Below, piece after piece: positions 27,671 through 40,864 of a stretch of 64,000 nucleotides of DNA. Location of the stretch: the NCBI RefSeq assembly GCF_018350175.1, contig NC_058371.1:104346001-104410000 (forward strand), in the 5' to 3' direction. The stretch is from Felis catus. Lineage: Eukaryota. Position 1 is the stretch's first letter; the number at the start of each line of letters is the position of its first letter. Under the pieces are notes generated by a model. That model ran no database searches. It had not been told where the DNA came from and saw only the letters and a program-made list of their open reading frames with translations. The position numbers were made by a program, and so were the translations under genes.

Positions 27671-28089
27671 ACCTGGTTTTCAGATTATTAAAGAGAAATA
27701 ACTTTAATATATCCCAAGACAAATCTGTTCAAAAATAATAATGGAAAAAAAAACCATAGATAATAGTAGCAAAGAATAAATTTAGCCAGAAATATGTAGT
27801 GTCTTTATGAGGAAAACTGTAATAGTCTACTGAATAACTTAAAAATCTTTAGTAAATGAACTAACATAACATTTCCTGATGATAAGAATCTATTTTGTAA
27901 GATGTCAACTTCCCCCAGATTAGATTTATATCAATTTTAATACATATCCTCATAGGGTTTTTTTTTTTTCAGAGGGAAGGGGAATTCCTGACCAACATTT
28001 ATAAAACTCATCTGAAAGAATATCATATAAAAAGAATCAAAGAATAAAAAAAAAGATTTGGTCTATCAGAAATTAAAATAATGTTGCAA

Positions 28090-28290
28090 GGGGTGCTTGG
28101 GTGGCTCAGTTGGTTGAGCCTCCAACTTCAGCTCAGGTCATGATTTCACAGTTCATGAGTTTGAGCCCCACATCGGGCTCTGTGCTGACAGCTCAGAGCC
28201 TGGAGCCTGCTTCGGGTTCTGTGTCTCCCTCTCCCCTCCTCAACTCATGCTCTGTCTTGCTCTCTCTCAAAAATAAATATTAAAAAATAA
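28090..28290 (+). mobile_element. Felid CAN-SINE
   Basis: Head, body and A tail recognisable. Confidence 0.9.
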
Positions 28291-28568
28291 TAACGCTGTA
28301 AAAGTAACATAATTAGAAGTATCATATGTGTGCCAGAAAAGATGGCAAGATCAATGGAATGCAATAGAAAGTCTAAATGCACACCCAATCTGTTACATAT
28401 ATATTAGTGTTATTGTATATAGTAGAGTATATTTCAATATTTCTAAGGTACCATTGGTTGAAAGACTTCATTTTCTATAGTTCCAAGAAAGAAAAAAAAA
28501 ATAATTTCAATTAAACTATGACAAGCAATTGATTAGGGTGCAAGCTGATTTCAAAAATATTAAAATGT

Positions 28569-28770
28569 GGGGCACCTGGATGGTTCAGTCAGTTAAGCAT
28601 CTGACTCTTGATTTCAGCTCAGGTCACAAACTCTAGGTTCCTGAGATTGAGCCCCAAGTCAGGCTGAGCCTGCTTGGGATTCTCTCTCTCCCTCTCTCTG
28701 GCCCTCCTCTGTTTGCACGTGCTCTCTCTCTCTCTCTCTCTCAAAAATAAGTGAATACATATTTTTTAAA
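28569..28770 (+). mobile_element. CAN-SINE (older)
   Basis: TSD tattaaaatg. Confidence 0.88.
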
Positions 28771-30807
28771 TTATTAAAATGGGAAAAAAAGTACCTAGTA
28801 GTTGAAATAAGTATGACTTTAGTGTTTAAGGTGGCAGTTCAAATCATTAGAGAAGGGGTAACTATTCAACTATTGTAAAAATCTAGTAGCAATTTGGGAA
28901 AAAATTAAGTTGAATTAAAAAATTAAATGTGATACAGTGAATCTACAAAAATACTACAGGAAAATATAGGTTTATATATAATCTTAAAATGGGGAAATTT
29001 CTTTTAAAAGCAAGACACTATTCAGCAGAAAATCTCTTTTGATTAAGATAATTGACAAATGACAAATACAAAAAAATATATATTTGCAAGATTGGTAATA
29101 AGGGCAGGTCTTACATATTAAGCAAGACAGGATTCTAATTTCGGAGTCCACACTATGTGGTAGAGAGTACATGAGACTATGAGCAGGATATAAGAGCTGA
29201 CATCCTGCTGTGCCAAAAAACCAGGAAGTAAACTGTGGTTAGTGACAACATCTGATTCCTAGAGTTACAGAAAAGGAAATATGATTGTGTGATTTTAGAA
29301 ACCACCTAGTCCCTACTGACAATGTCAGTACAAGTACTTTGTGAACTCTAATATTATTAAGTAAACTGATACTTTACTAACTGTTCTCCTTCTTGGTTTT
29401 CTCCTAATGTTTTTGAATATTTTATGTTATGATTGTATATATTAATTGATTTTTGCTGAATGGTTTTCTTTTCTTTTTGGCTCTGCATTAAGTACTTTGT
29501 TTTTATATATAAGTGATTCTGATTTCACACAGATTACTGGTAGATGTGGCATCTCAGATGACCAGTTTTAAATTTTATTATTGTACTCTTCATCCAGTCT
29601 TCCAGTCATTAATGAACTTTTGAAAACCCTAGCTGTAAATGTGTCCAAGCTTTATATTTTCTCCTCAAGAAGGACCCTGTTTGTTATAAACTTTCTTCCT
29701 CATAGTTTTTTTTTTTTTTAACTGGGGTATTTTTGTTTGATAGAATTAAATTCTCTGAAGTGTATAAAGGAATCAGCAGGATGATCAAGGATGCTATAAA
29801 AATATAATTGTCCATTGTGCTTTCAAAGGGGAATTAGATTATATGCCTAAACGGATAATTTGTCTTTACCCTTTCCTTGCACTGAGCTTAGCCCTGTCTA
29901 CACATTGTTATCTATAGTGGTGGCTTGTAAAGCAAACACACTTTAGCTGTTCCGCTCTGAGCTGTGGTTGGTACAGCCAGCTTTTGATGTTTGTACATGT
30001 GACATTCATTTCTATACCTTTGAATTCCAGATGAATTAATTAATACTTCTTAATGCACATTCATTGACTTCTGACTAAGGCATAGATTTGAACTGACGTC
30101 CCGGAGAGTTACTTAGCTAGGTCATAAGCCCAGCAGCTTGCCTGATAGCCACATCTCAACCCCTTCCTGTTGTCTTTTCCTTTCCATACATACAGTAATT
30201 CTTATACACTGGTAAAAAGAGAAATCTTGTTTATGGAAAGTGGCCAGTCAAGCAGGAGACAACTTTAGTAGAAATTGAAAGGCAGTTACGTTGTGATGTG
30301 AGGATAAAGCAGGAGACATGTGACTCTCAAGAAAATGTGATTTGGGAGACAGCCAGAACCTAGATAAACAGTTCCACGTTTATAATTTGGGGATTCACAA
30401 AGGTTGGAGGACCAAACCCTTGCATTGTACCATATACGGGACATGTTCTTTTAAGATAATGCTATTTTTCTTGCAGTGTCCAAATTCATTATGTTTCACT
30501 TAAAGTATTCCTTGATAGTGGAATAAGTGTTAGAGAAGTATTCCCTGCAGTGCTAATACAGACAGATAAGGATGTCTTTACTGTCTAAAGTAGAAAAACT
30601 CCCACAAACAAACCAAAACGAGCAAAAATGAGAGTACAGTGAATTTGCAGGGCTAAGAATAAATTGCACATCAATGGCGATAACAGGACTTAATGTGCAA
30701 CCATGGATCATTGTGGACTCTATGAAATCCTTTTGTGCTCTGGGAAAAGTAACTGATAACACACTCTGGTCTTCATGGGAAAGTAGTTTGGGTGAGAGCT
30801 GCAGTCC

Positions 30808-31160
30808 TGCATTCTTTCATTAACTCAGTAAACATTTTTCGAGTTCCTGCTATATGCCAGGCATTTTGCTAACTGGGGAAGTGGATCTGAGAAAATAAAA
30901 TCTCTAAGGCCAGGCTATGTACAGCCTAGAAAGAGGGACAGAAATGAAATCGGCTGTGATACACCAAGCAATGGATTAAGGGCATAGGAAAGAGTAGTGC
31001 CTGCCTCACCTGGGAGGTGGGAGGCCTCCAGGAGCTACTGTGAAGGAGACGTGAGTGTCAGCTGGCTAATCAGAAGGAAAGCAGTGGGGAGCAGTGGAGG
31101 CGGGTGGAAAAGCACAGGCAATGTTGTGAGCAAGAAGATACAGTCAGGGAACCACCAGCA
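30808..31160 (-). mobile_element. L2 fragment
   Basis: tcattaactcagtaaacatttttcgagttcctgctatatgccaggca. Confidence 0.6.
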
Positions 31161-31192
31161 GTGATCTCAAGGAGGTCAAAGAGCACAGAGCA

Positions 31193-31445
31193 GAGGAGTG
31201 TGGTAAAAAGTGCCCTTTGGGACTAGGCAGAGCCGGGCTTTGAATTTTAGACGTGAGCATAGAAGCTAAGTGGCCTTGAGCAAATGGCTTAACTTTTCTG
31301 AGACTCAGTTTTTTCATCTGTAAAATGGGGATGGTCATATCTACTTTACAGTGTAAATTTTAAGGCCCAGAGATTGTGTGTGTACTGAAGCATTTAGCAT
31401 AGCACGTATCCCATGGTGGGCACACACTGGAACTCTGGTATTAAA
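31193..31445 (+). mobile_element. MIR
   Basis: ctcagttttttcatctgtaaaatggggat core. Confidence 0.8.
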
Positions 31446-31616
31446 TATTTAGAGACAGAAGAAATAAGGACTTAACACTTTGTTTTACCCAGAGTTGAGA
31501 GGTCACTGAACTCCTCAAAGAGAGGCCGCTGGCTCAGAATCCCATAGAAGTAGTTCAGTAAAGACTTACAATGTTGACGTAATTTTCCATTTATATTGAC
31601 TACATGTTTGACTTTT

Positions 31617-31819
31617 CTTTTTTAATTTTTTAAACATTTATTTATTTTTGAGGGACAGAGAGACAGAGCATGAGTGGGGGAAGGGCAGAGAGAGGAAGAC
31701 ACAGAATCCATAGCAGGCTCCAGGCCCAGAGCCCGATATGAGGCTCAAACACATGAACCTTGAGATCATAACCTGAGCAAAAATCGAAGGCTCAGCTGAC
31801 TGAGCCACCCAGGCGCCCC
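31617..31819 (-). mobile_element. Felid CAN-SINE
   Basis: TSD ta(c/t)atgtttgacttt. Confidence 0.92.
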
Positions 31820-32434
31820 TATATGTTTGACTTTCTAAGAGAAGCCAGGACTTGGGAGGTTATGATTTTCTTCAAAGATTAGTTCTGCCTTTATTTCTAA
31901 ATGGTCATTTTTATTTGCATTTATTTGTAGTATCAAAAGTTGTCTGCAAGTATGATTCTCCTGGATACAGAGGTGCTTATTTGAAATTTGAGACGGTCTA
32001 TGTGAACTAATCTGTTTTCTACGTTGTTTTGTATGTTACTGTAGTTTTTAACTTCTGGTTTCTCAGTAAGGAAAGGCAATCTGTGTGACCCAAAATTCTG
32101 ATGTGCATTAAAATTGTTCTCTTGGCAAATGTACAAAAATCCAATTAGTTTCCAAAGGACAAATTGTCTTTGGGGACTCAGCTGATCTAAAATTCGTGAC
32201 CACGTCTGGAAGAAAATAGTACTCTAGGATTTTTTTGAACGCAGGCAACATACTGTGTGAAACAAGTTCTCATGTAAATTAACTTGGTTTACTTTTCTAG
32301 CTTTTATATTTGTGAGGATCCGTTTGCTTCTTTGGAGATAGATTCCAAGCACTCATAAAAGCATAAGATAATCTTTTTTTGCGCGGGCTGGGTGTTCAAA
32401 TCAATAAAACGTATAATAATTAATAATAATGTTT

Positions 32435-32638
32435 NNNNNNNNNNNNNNNNNNNNNNNNNNNNNNNNNNNNNNNNNNNNNNNNNNNNNNNNNNNNNNNNNN
32501 NNNNNNNNNNNNNNNNNNNNNNNNNNNNNNNNNNNNNNNNNNNNNNNNNNNNNNNNNNNNNNNNNNNNNNNNNNNNNNNNNNNNNNNNNNNNNNNNNNNN
32601 NNNNNNNNNNNNNNNNNNNNNNNNNNNNNNNNNNNNNN
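32435..32638 (+). other. PDE5A: 204-N gap; inferred location of PDE5A exon 10 (expected 176 nt, phase 1-0)
   Basis: Exon 9 ends in phase 1 and exon 11 starts in phase 0, so an intervening exon is required. The other two gaps in this interval abut Tigger elements; this one has unique flanks. Confidence 0.65.
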
Positions 32639-33049
32639 GCTGACAACTGTGGGACTCTCGGTCTCTGCAGCCACACTCAGCTTCTGCCTTTCCCGCCAAA
32701 ACGACTCGTGGGGTCTGTGTGTGATAGCAGCGTCTCCTCATGAGAATCAGACTGAATCCTTAGTTCCTCACGGAAACAGCTAAGGAAACGGAGACCCAGA
32801 ATATTTTAGAGACTAATCAAAGGTCTCATGACCAAACCAAAACTCAGGCTGTTCATCCCTTCACTCTTCTTACCTTAAGAATGCATTCACACAGATGTCT
32901 GCTGCCCGTGCAGCCTGTCTGTCCCTGCTCCAGTGCCTGAGCATCCCTGTCCCCTGGTGAACAGCTGTACTCATACATTTTGAAAGACAAAAATAGAAAC
33001 CCTAAGCACTCAGAGAACCAGAAGTGAGGAAAAGGGAAACTCTTTCAGA

Positions 33050-33178
33050 CTACAGATGTATGGATCCCACTTCTGAATACCCTGATTCATAAGTCTTGGG
33101 TAGAGCCTGGGAATCTGCATTATTCCAGAGCTTCCCCCAGGTGATTCTGAATGTGCAGGCAGCTTGTGACCCACTGGC
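33050..33178. mobile_element. MER5-like hAT MITE
   Basis: gggaatctgcatt...cccaggtgattctgaatg. Confidence 0.6.
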
Positions 33179-33625
33179 CTGGGACACTGACCTTCGGCAG
33201 GCTCCCTCCCGAGGAGGATTACCCTACCCAAGTGGGGCCAGCCCTTTCCAGGTGTATTTCACTAACTGCCTGAAAATGTTCACTTTGCATAACCCAGAAA
33301 TTTCTTACATCAGAGACCCAGTTTAGGGAAATAGACTTCAAAAGGGCCAACGTCTCTACTTACTCATACAGTGGCGTGAAGTATGTTTGAATATTTGCCT
33401 ACTCCTATGTAATTGAGATCAGTGGGAATCCATGTTTAGAAACTATAACGTTTCCTCCAATCCTCTAATAAGTTCCTAACCTAAATAGCTAGAAAGATAT
33501 ATAAGTAAAAATTTACTAATAACCAAGATAGTATTAGTAATGATGAATATATAACATGAATAGCTCTGCCATGGTATTATATAAGAGACCTTGGATTATA
33601 AGCCAGTGGAAATTTTTTTTTGAAA

Positions 33626-33814
33626 TACACACACGTAGGTATAGGTGCATATATATATATAGATATATATACACAAAAATATATGTATGTGTGTATATAT
33701 ATATGCACACATATACCTCAAATTACATCTATACACATACATATATGTACATACAGTGTCACACATATATACATATGTATGTATACATGGGTGCATGTGT
33801 GTATATACATATAT
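33626..33814. repeat. Degenerate (TA)/(CA)/(TG) alternating purine-pyrimidine tract
   Basis: Direct read; source of the spurious YI/HT-rich ORFs. Confidence 0.9.
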
Positions 33815-33896
33815 TTTTAATCAAATTTTTTATAGTTCCCTTGGTTTTGCACTGAATTGAATCTAAGCCAGCTATCAATTAGAAATTATCTCTTCT

Positions 33897-34125
33897 TGTA
33901 AAAACGTTTTATTATGGAAATTGCAAGCATATACAGAAGTATACTAAAATAGCTTAGTGAGTGCCCATGTACTCATTAGCTATCTTTAATAATTATTGAC
34001 CCCTGGCCAATATCATTCCATTCATACACTTGCTCACTTCTCTGCACTCTTCCACTTTAATCCATTGATTATTTTGAAGCAAATCCCAGACATTATATAA
34101 TTTTGTTCAAAATCTTCGAGTATTT
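33897..34125 (-). mobile_element. Old L1 3' end fragment
   Basis: ttttattatggaaatt...gattattttgaagcaaatcccagacatt. Confidence 0.65.
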
Positions 34126-34438
34126 TCCTGATTGAGATTTATTTCTATTTTAACACTATAGTTTTACTTCAGTTAAATATATGAGTAATTAGGCTTTTAC
34201 TTAGTCTAAACATTTATTTTATTTCAATTCATTATGGGAAGTCCTATCGATGCTCACAAGTTTAACCTTGAAAAAGATTTTCCTTTCCTTACAAGGCATT
34301 GGATAAAAGCTAGGGACACCAATCCCTCAGGTTTTCTTAGGACAGTGAATTATTTTGACCTGGAAGCCATGGTCATTATAATGACCAACAAAACAACAAT
34401 AATAATAGCTAACCTTTGCCAAATGTTTACTCTGTGTT

Positions 34439-34673
34439 NNNNNNNNNNNNNNNNNNNNNNNNNNNNNNNNNNNNNNNNNNNNNNNNNNNNNNNNNNNNNN
34501 NNNNNNNNNNNNNNNNNNNNNNNNNNNNNNNNNNNNNNNNNNNNNNNNNNNNNNNNNNNNNNNNNNNNNNNNNNNNNNNNNNNNNNNNNNNNNNNNNNNN
34601 NNNNNNNNNNNNNNNNNNNNNNNNNNNNNNNNNNNNNNNNNNNNNNNNNNNNNNNNNNNNNNNNNNNNNNNNN
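34439..34673. other. 235-N assembly gap
   Basis: Direct read; lies between a MIR-like left flank and a Tigger1 3' end. Confidence 0.99.
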
Positions 34674-34929
34674 TGATCAGTCATTAGGACCTGCTGAAAA
34701 CTCAGGTGATGGGTTCCATTTTTTTTAGCAATAAAGTGTTTTTGAAATAAGGCATCATATATTTTTTTAGAAGCAATGCTATTGCACACTTAATAGACTA
34801 TAGCATAGTGTCAGCATAACTTTTATGTACACTGGGAAACCAAAAAGTTCATTTGACTCCCTTTATTACAATATTAGCTTTATTGCAATAGTCTGGAAAT
34901 AAACCCACTATATCTCAGAGGTAGGCCTG
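34674..34929 (+). mobile_element. Tigger1 3' end
   Basis: gctattgcacacttaatagacta...atatctcagaggtaggcctg followed by TA. Confidence 0.85.
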
Positions 34930-35968
34930 TATTAACAAAATTAATCGTTATAACCGTATGAGTAAGGTGTTATTATTATCTCCAGTGTGACAAAATTTAT
35001 TTTTTAAAAGTTAGAATGGTATGTTATTCCTGTATCAATTTAAGTCTGAAAATGGCTTACCTTTTTATCAATCCTGCTAATATCTTTGGGGTTTTTAGTA
35101 AATCTATGTTGTCTCTGTCAAAGATGAACTTCAAAAAATATTTTTTTAAAAATATGGTAGATGTTTTAAATATGACCACTGCCCTGATTCAAAAGAATGT
35201 CTAAAATATTATCCTATTACTTTGAAGTCATTACTTTTGAATATGGAAATTAATGATTCTTCTGTTGAGTGATGAGAAAATAGTAAGCCTGTCTGTTTAA
35301 CTCTACTAGGGTAAGAGAAAGTGTACTAGTTAGGTGTTGAAAGCAGGGTCCCAGGCCCCCTTGTCTCCTCACTGAGTGCCTCACGTCCCCAGATGTTACT
35401 GGATGGATTTATGGGGCAGCGCTGCCTATCTTGATCTGTGTGACATCATGTTCTAGCCATGCCATTTTTCTTTATGAAATTCTAGAGTAGTTACAGCCCT
35501 CCCCTGAGAGCTTCTTCTAGACTCCTTGCTTTCCAAATGTCAATGTTAAGTGTCAGTTTACGCAAAAGATTTTTTCGTAATTCTCACAAGTAAAAATAAC
35601 TGAAGTCAGTATTATTTTCTAAAAAGCAGTGCAAAAAGAAAAAGCACAAAATAAATTTTCTGCCAACTTTGAGCCAGTAGCATCGCTTATCAATAATGTG
35701 TTCATTACATCAACAGTGTCAGAATAAAAGTGACAAGACTTTCTCTAAACACAGAGAGAGTATACCTTTTGGTCTTCTGAAACAAGCAACTGAGTCAAAT
35801 CTGGGATTTTTCTTTCTGTTGAAGAAAAGCAGCAAACAAGATTTGACATTCTGAGGTGTCTAGTTCTCTCTCCAGGAAGTTTTAGCAGAATCTCGAGCTT
35901 GAGATTGTAGTCTACATTTGGTAGTTTTCTCTTGGATGACCTGTTTTCTTTGGTTTCTTACCCTATAG

Positions 35969-36028
35969 GTTCTGTCGTATCACGCTTCAGCAGCAGAGGA
36001 AGAAACAAGAGAGCTCCAATCCTTAGCG
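35969..36028 (+). CDS. PDE5A: PDE5A exon 11 (60 nt, phase 0-0): VLSYHASAAEEETRELQSLA
   Basis: Acceptor ccctatag, donor GCG|gtaatt; linker between GAF-B and the catalytic domain. Confidence 0.96.
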
Positions 36029-36129
36029 GTAATTCTCTTTCTTTGTAAAAGTGACTGACTACAGACATTTAATTAATACATAAACATGCTTCTCTTAGGA
36101 CAACTACTTCCAATGCAATGGTCCCATTT

Positions 36130-36344
36130 TTTTTATTGTATTATTATTATTTACTTTGAGAGACAGAGAGTGAGCAGGGAAGGGGCAAAGAGAGAGGGAG
36201 AGAGAGAGAGAATCCTAAGCAGGCTCCACACCATCAGCACAGAGCTTAATGCAGAGCTAGAACCCATGAAGATCCCATGAGATCATGACCTGAGCCGAAA
36301 CCAAGAGTTGGGCATTTAACTGATTGAGCCACCCAGGCACCCCC
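36130..36344 (-). mobile_element. CAN-SINE ~100 nt downstream of exon 11
   Basis: Perfect TSD gcaatggtcccattt (36115-36129 / 36345-36359). Confidence 0.93.
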
Positions 36345-36989
36345 GCAATGGTCCCATTTAATTAAATGTGGTAAATATTTAGACGGACATTCATAAAAAT
36401 ATTTAATCAGTTCTACTTTATTGTAGGGCTAAAGAGTCACTGATGATCCAAAGCAAAAGATAACATACTGACTTTGTAGTACATTATATGATTCTGAATT
36501 TTTTTTTCAATAATGTCACATCTTTCTTAGGCCAAAACTAAATTTACTTTTCAGCTCCTGGGGACAATGTGAACAGGTGACTGACTGTGAGGTGGTTGTT
36601 TGGTTAGGGTAACGACAACAAAGATTTTATAATTTGTTATCAATAATCTGCTCTGCATTATTGAGAATTGAGAGTGATTTTTATGTCTGACCACATGGCC
36701 TATGGAATGTTCCTTGAAATTGGGTTCAAATAAGGTCAGCTCCTGAATTCTTATTACATCGTTATTTAGTATGCTATGAGAGAAAAAGCACACTGATAAT
36801 GTAAGTAGAATGTTAAATGTTCTAGGTCGTGGTTGAGATTAATGAAAATTTGAGGCACTTACACATTTACAGCAAAGGCTCGCCTTCTGAAATTTACTTG
36901 AGACAACACAGATGAGGTCTATGTGAGATGTGACAGGAGTCTGTAAAGAATGAGAAGGGTGTGAACAGATCACTGAGATTCTTTTTCAT

Positions 36990-38270
36990 CGTCCTCATCA
37001 TCATAGCTGGCCAAATGCCAACCCTCTGTGGCCTTACCTACATTTTCTCACGAAAACTGCACAGCTATATTATGAGGGCCACACTGAAGTTAGAGAAGCC
37101 AAGTGACTTGCTCAAGGTCACACTGGCAGAAAGAGGGGAAGTCGGGATACAAACTCACACAGTCTAGTTCCAGAGCCCATGCATACAACCACTGTGCTGT
37201 CTGTTATGAGCTGTTAGGGACAGAGAAGATTAAAGATGATTGAAATGTTTTGACCTCCACCATTAAAAAAATGATGGTGCCATGAATTAACTAAAGTGGA
37301 AATATTAAGAAGGAAAACTTGGCAGATTTGACTTAGAACGTGGTAAGTGTGAGGTGCTGGTGGAAGGACTCAATGGACATCTTCAGTAATCATGAAAGGC
37401 AGGACTGGAGTGGGGAGGGGCTGAACCAAAGGTGGCGATTTGGAGGTCCAGCCTTGCGGTTTGGGGCAGTCCCATGGGGGTAGAGCGGTTGGGAGAAGGG
37501 CCTGAAAGACTGAAGGCAGAACTTTTGGGAATCTGGGTTTCTGTGGAAGGAGTGGGAAAAGAACCTGGCTGAGGTACAGATGTGGTCGTTAAACAGGGAG
37601 GAAGATTTAGGATGGGGCAGTGGCGCAGAAGGCAGAAGTTTCAAAAAGGTTGAGAAGTAGGACTGAGGAAGGCTGCTGCATTCTGTGATCATGTGATTGT
37701 TCAGACGGCAGCTTTAGGAGTAAAACTGCGAGAGTTAAGAGTAAATGGTGACAAAACGGAGGAAATGAATATAGACTAGTTTTAAAAGACAAGTTTTGTA
37801 TAAAGCAAGGAGTGGAGAAGTAGTTATTAAGGATGCTGGCTGATGTTTTTGTTTTGGTTTGCTTTGTGTTGTGCACAAGGCTCGCTCACAAGGAAGAGAA
37901 CCAGCATGTTCGTGGATGGAGGGCAAAGGTACGGCAATGAGGGAGTGCAAGGCAGGGAAGAGATCTGGACCTTGGAGCAGCCTAGGCATTGAGCGAGACA
38001 AGAGGGAAGCGATGATAGTAATAATAATAAGAATAGCTACATTTATTGAGCACTTACCTCATACATGGCATGTTGGAAGTTCTTTGTGTGTGTTCACTAA
38101 GTGTATTTAGTCCACAGCAGCCCCATCAGGTCGGTATGGTTAGCAGGTGGAATGTGAGGAATTTGAGATTGAGAGGCTTTAGGTTGTCCTGCTCGGGATC
38201 TCCCCGGTCTTAAGTGATGGTGCCAGTACTAACTCCGGGCAGCCCAGATCCAAAGCCCAGACTCCCCTGT
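36990..38270 (-). mobile_element. Cluster of MIR (~36990-37200, ~38015-38270) and L2 (~37200-37760) fragments
   Basis: aagtgacttgctcaaggtcacac; aatagctacatttattgagcacttac; purine-rich antisense L2 body. Confidence 0.65.
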
Positions 38271-40669
38271 GTGGCACTGGAGAGGTAATGAGCTGGAAAA
38301 GGAAGGCTGAGGACTTACAGATGTTCTCAGTTAAATCAGTGAGTAGAAAGCAGAGTCATTTATTTGCCAAGAACAGTTTAAGGAACTTGGGATGTTTCAC
38401 CTGAAAGGTTAAGCTTCTTTTGGGGTTAGCCTCATTCGGGATGGACTTTATTTATTTTGTTCATGGCGGTATTTGAAGAAACGAACAGTTCTTCAATTAT
38501 TTACAGAGGTTTATAGGTTATAAATATCTTTCACATCAGGCTTAATTGGCCTGTTGGTCTCATCCTTCCAGAATGATGAAGTTTTTAACTAAATGCATAC
38601 TGTGAGTTGGACATTATCACATGGAAAGATACATCTTGAAGTGCTTGCGAGCACTGCAAGAGTATTAAATTAGTTCTAAAATGAGGGCAAGGTTACACTC
38701 TGCCATGTGTTGTTTTAGATAAATAAAAACTAGCAAATAGAGCAATTTCTGAAGATAATGCTAAAAACATCACTAGGATATTAAACTTTGCTTTCACTTT
38801 GAAAATAGCAATCTTTCAGAAAAAAATCTGAAAATTATTTTCTCAATTATTTTTATAATTTTAGCGAGAGAAAAACGCTTTGGAATAACTGAAAATTGCT
38901 ACATTGCAGTATTGTTCAAACCATCTGTTGTTTCATTCGGAAAATAGATTTCTGGCAGCTGCACTGGGAAATTTAGGGTTACGTCACTTATAGGTCAGCT
39001 AATTTATTTAAATTGGTTGAAATTCAGCAACTGAATTCAATACTGGTTTTCCATCAGCCTAATAAAAATTCCTTTACAGCCCCGACTGCACAGGTGTCTG
39101 CATCATCCAGCGACTACCAAAGTTGCTTTGTCGTGTATCTGATTATTTATCTCAATTTAAGACCTAAAATAAATTGAAAAGCTGCCTAATGTTTTCTTCA
39201 CTTTTATTTTTACAAGTTAGTTCTGGAGAGCATTAAATAATATATTTAAGTATACCAAATATTTATGCCTGTTTCCAGAAAAGTTCTCTAATTATAACAA
39301 AAGTATAACCAAGTTGATAGGAAACTCAAAATCCTTATTTTTTCCCCTTTGTTTTACTTGAGTTTTTAATCTAATTTCTCTTGACTTAAAATTGGGTGTA
39401 GCAGAAATAAGGCCTTAAACTAAGCATTTTACCATATATCTTTAATGATCCTTAGTCACAAGTTGTTGAGATAAAAATAAATGAACCCCAGCTACCTGGC
39501 AATGGTTATTAGAAAATTATTAGTTAAGATATCAGAATGAAATCAGTATTTATTACCAGTAACTGAGTATTTGATTAACTGGTTTCCTTTTCTGCTTTCC
39601 TCTTTTGTTAGAAGAGTAGTGAATAAATATGTATTAGAGTTTAGTTTTTTGAAATAAGCTCAGTTTTGTCGTGGGGTCACTGCTTATTCAGTGTATCTCT
39701 ATAGCTTCTGCTTTATAGCAATTTCTGAATCATATGTAATGTATATAAAAGCAAACTCACCCTTTCGTGATCCTGAAAGGTTTCTGCATCAAAATAGTGA
39801 GATAGGGAGAAGCTGACCTCTCAGGCGGGATTTCCTAGAACAGAATTTACTTCATCTTGACCTTAATCTTTCAGAGCCAGAAACGTCATGTGAACTTTCT
39901 TGATCAGGAGTGTGTTCCTGCTGCAGGTGACAGCAGCAAAGGGCAGAGCCATGTTTCTGACTCAAATCCCTGATGCCCAAGTCAGTGGCAGAGTATAGAT
40001 CTAATTCCTTGTATCAAGATGATCATCACATCCCCCACTTTTTCAGAAAATCTATATACGGATAGTCATATTATAAATAGAAAATTTTGAGCCAATAATA
40101 ACAAAGAGTTGATGTTATGATCTTGATAACCAGTGTCGCTGAACTGTAGTAACCTACGGCATCCAGGAAGGCACACTCTTCCTCAAACAGTGCTAGAATT
40201 ACCCTGAAACTGTCTGGGTCCTTTGGACTTCCTGTATACTATCCGTTGATACATTCGTTTTTATAGATGTCTATAACATTAACTGGGCTGTGTCTTTTCC
40301 ACATTGGCAAGACTTAGTATATTCTGTTTGATTCTTCCTGCCTTCCTTCGGCAAGCTAATCTTATCTTTCCTGCTTTGAATTCACTAGTACATTACTTCC
40401 AATGGTAATCTTAGCTCCAGAATATAGTGGCACCATTCTTCAGCTTTTTACATACTAAATAGATGTTAACCAGACTAATTCCTAATTTAGTCATAAATTT
40501 ACCCTGAGAGTTTTACTTATAAGCATATGTACATATTATCAGAATCTTGACATTAGCATGTGCCATCTTTGCATGGTTTTGAAAACTGTATGCTCATTAG
40601 TTTTTATATTCTGTGCCTCTTTGCCATTGAGATTTAAAAGATGACATTTAGGGACATTTAGGACATTTA

Positions 40670-40864
40670 GGCTCAGTTGGTTGAGCATCCAACTTTGGCT
40701 CAGGTCATGATCTCACAGTTCGTGAAGTTCGAGCCCTGTGTCAGACTCATTGCTCTCTGCAGAGCCCACTTCGGATCCTCTGTCCCCCAATCTCTCCACC
40801 CCTCCCCAGTTCATGCTTTCTCTCTCAAAAGTAAATAAAAACATTTGAAAATAAATAAATAAAT
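40670..40864 (+). mobile_element. Felid CAN-SINE, slightly 5'-truncated
   Basis: Starts at ggctcagttggttgagc; (TAAA)n tail. Confidence 0.88.

Larger units (their letters stand above)
26080..29095 (+). mobile_element. Highly decayed L1 ORF2 region (L1M-type) with three nested SINEs
   Basis: A-rich strand; atatcagacaaagtcaaatttaagg (endonuclease region) and cagatgatatgattg (DDMI-like RT motif); no open frame. Confidence 0.7.

Noticed and set aside
33556-33855. Tyr/Ile/His-rich ORFs
   Set aside because: Produced by a low-complexity TA/CA tract.
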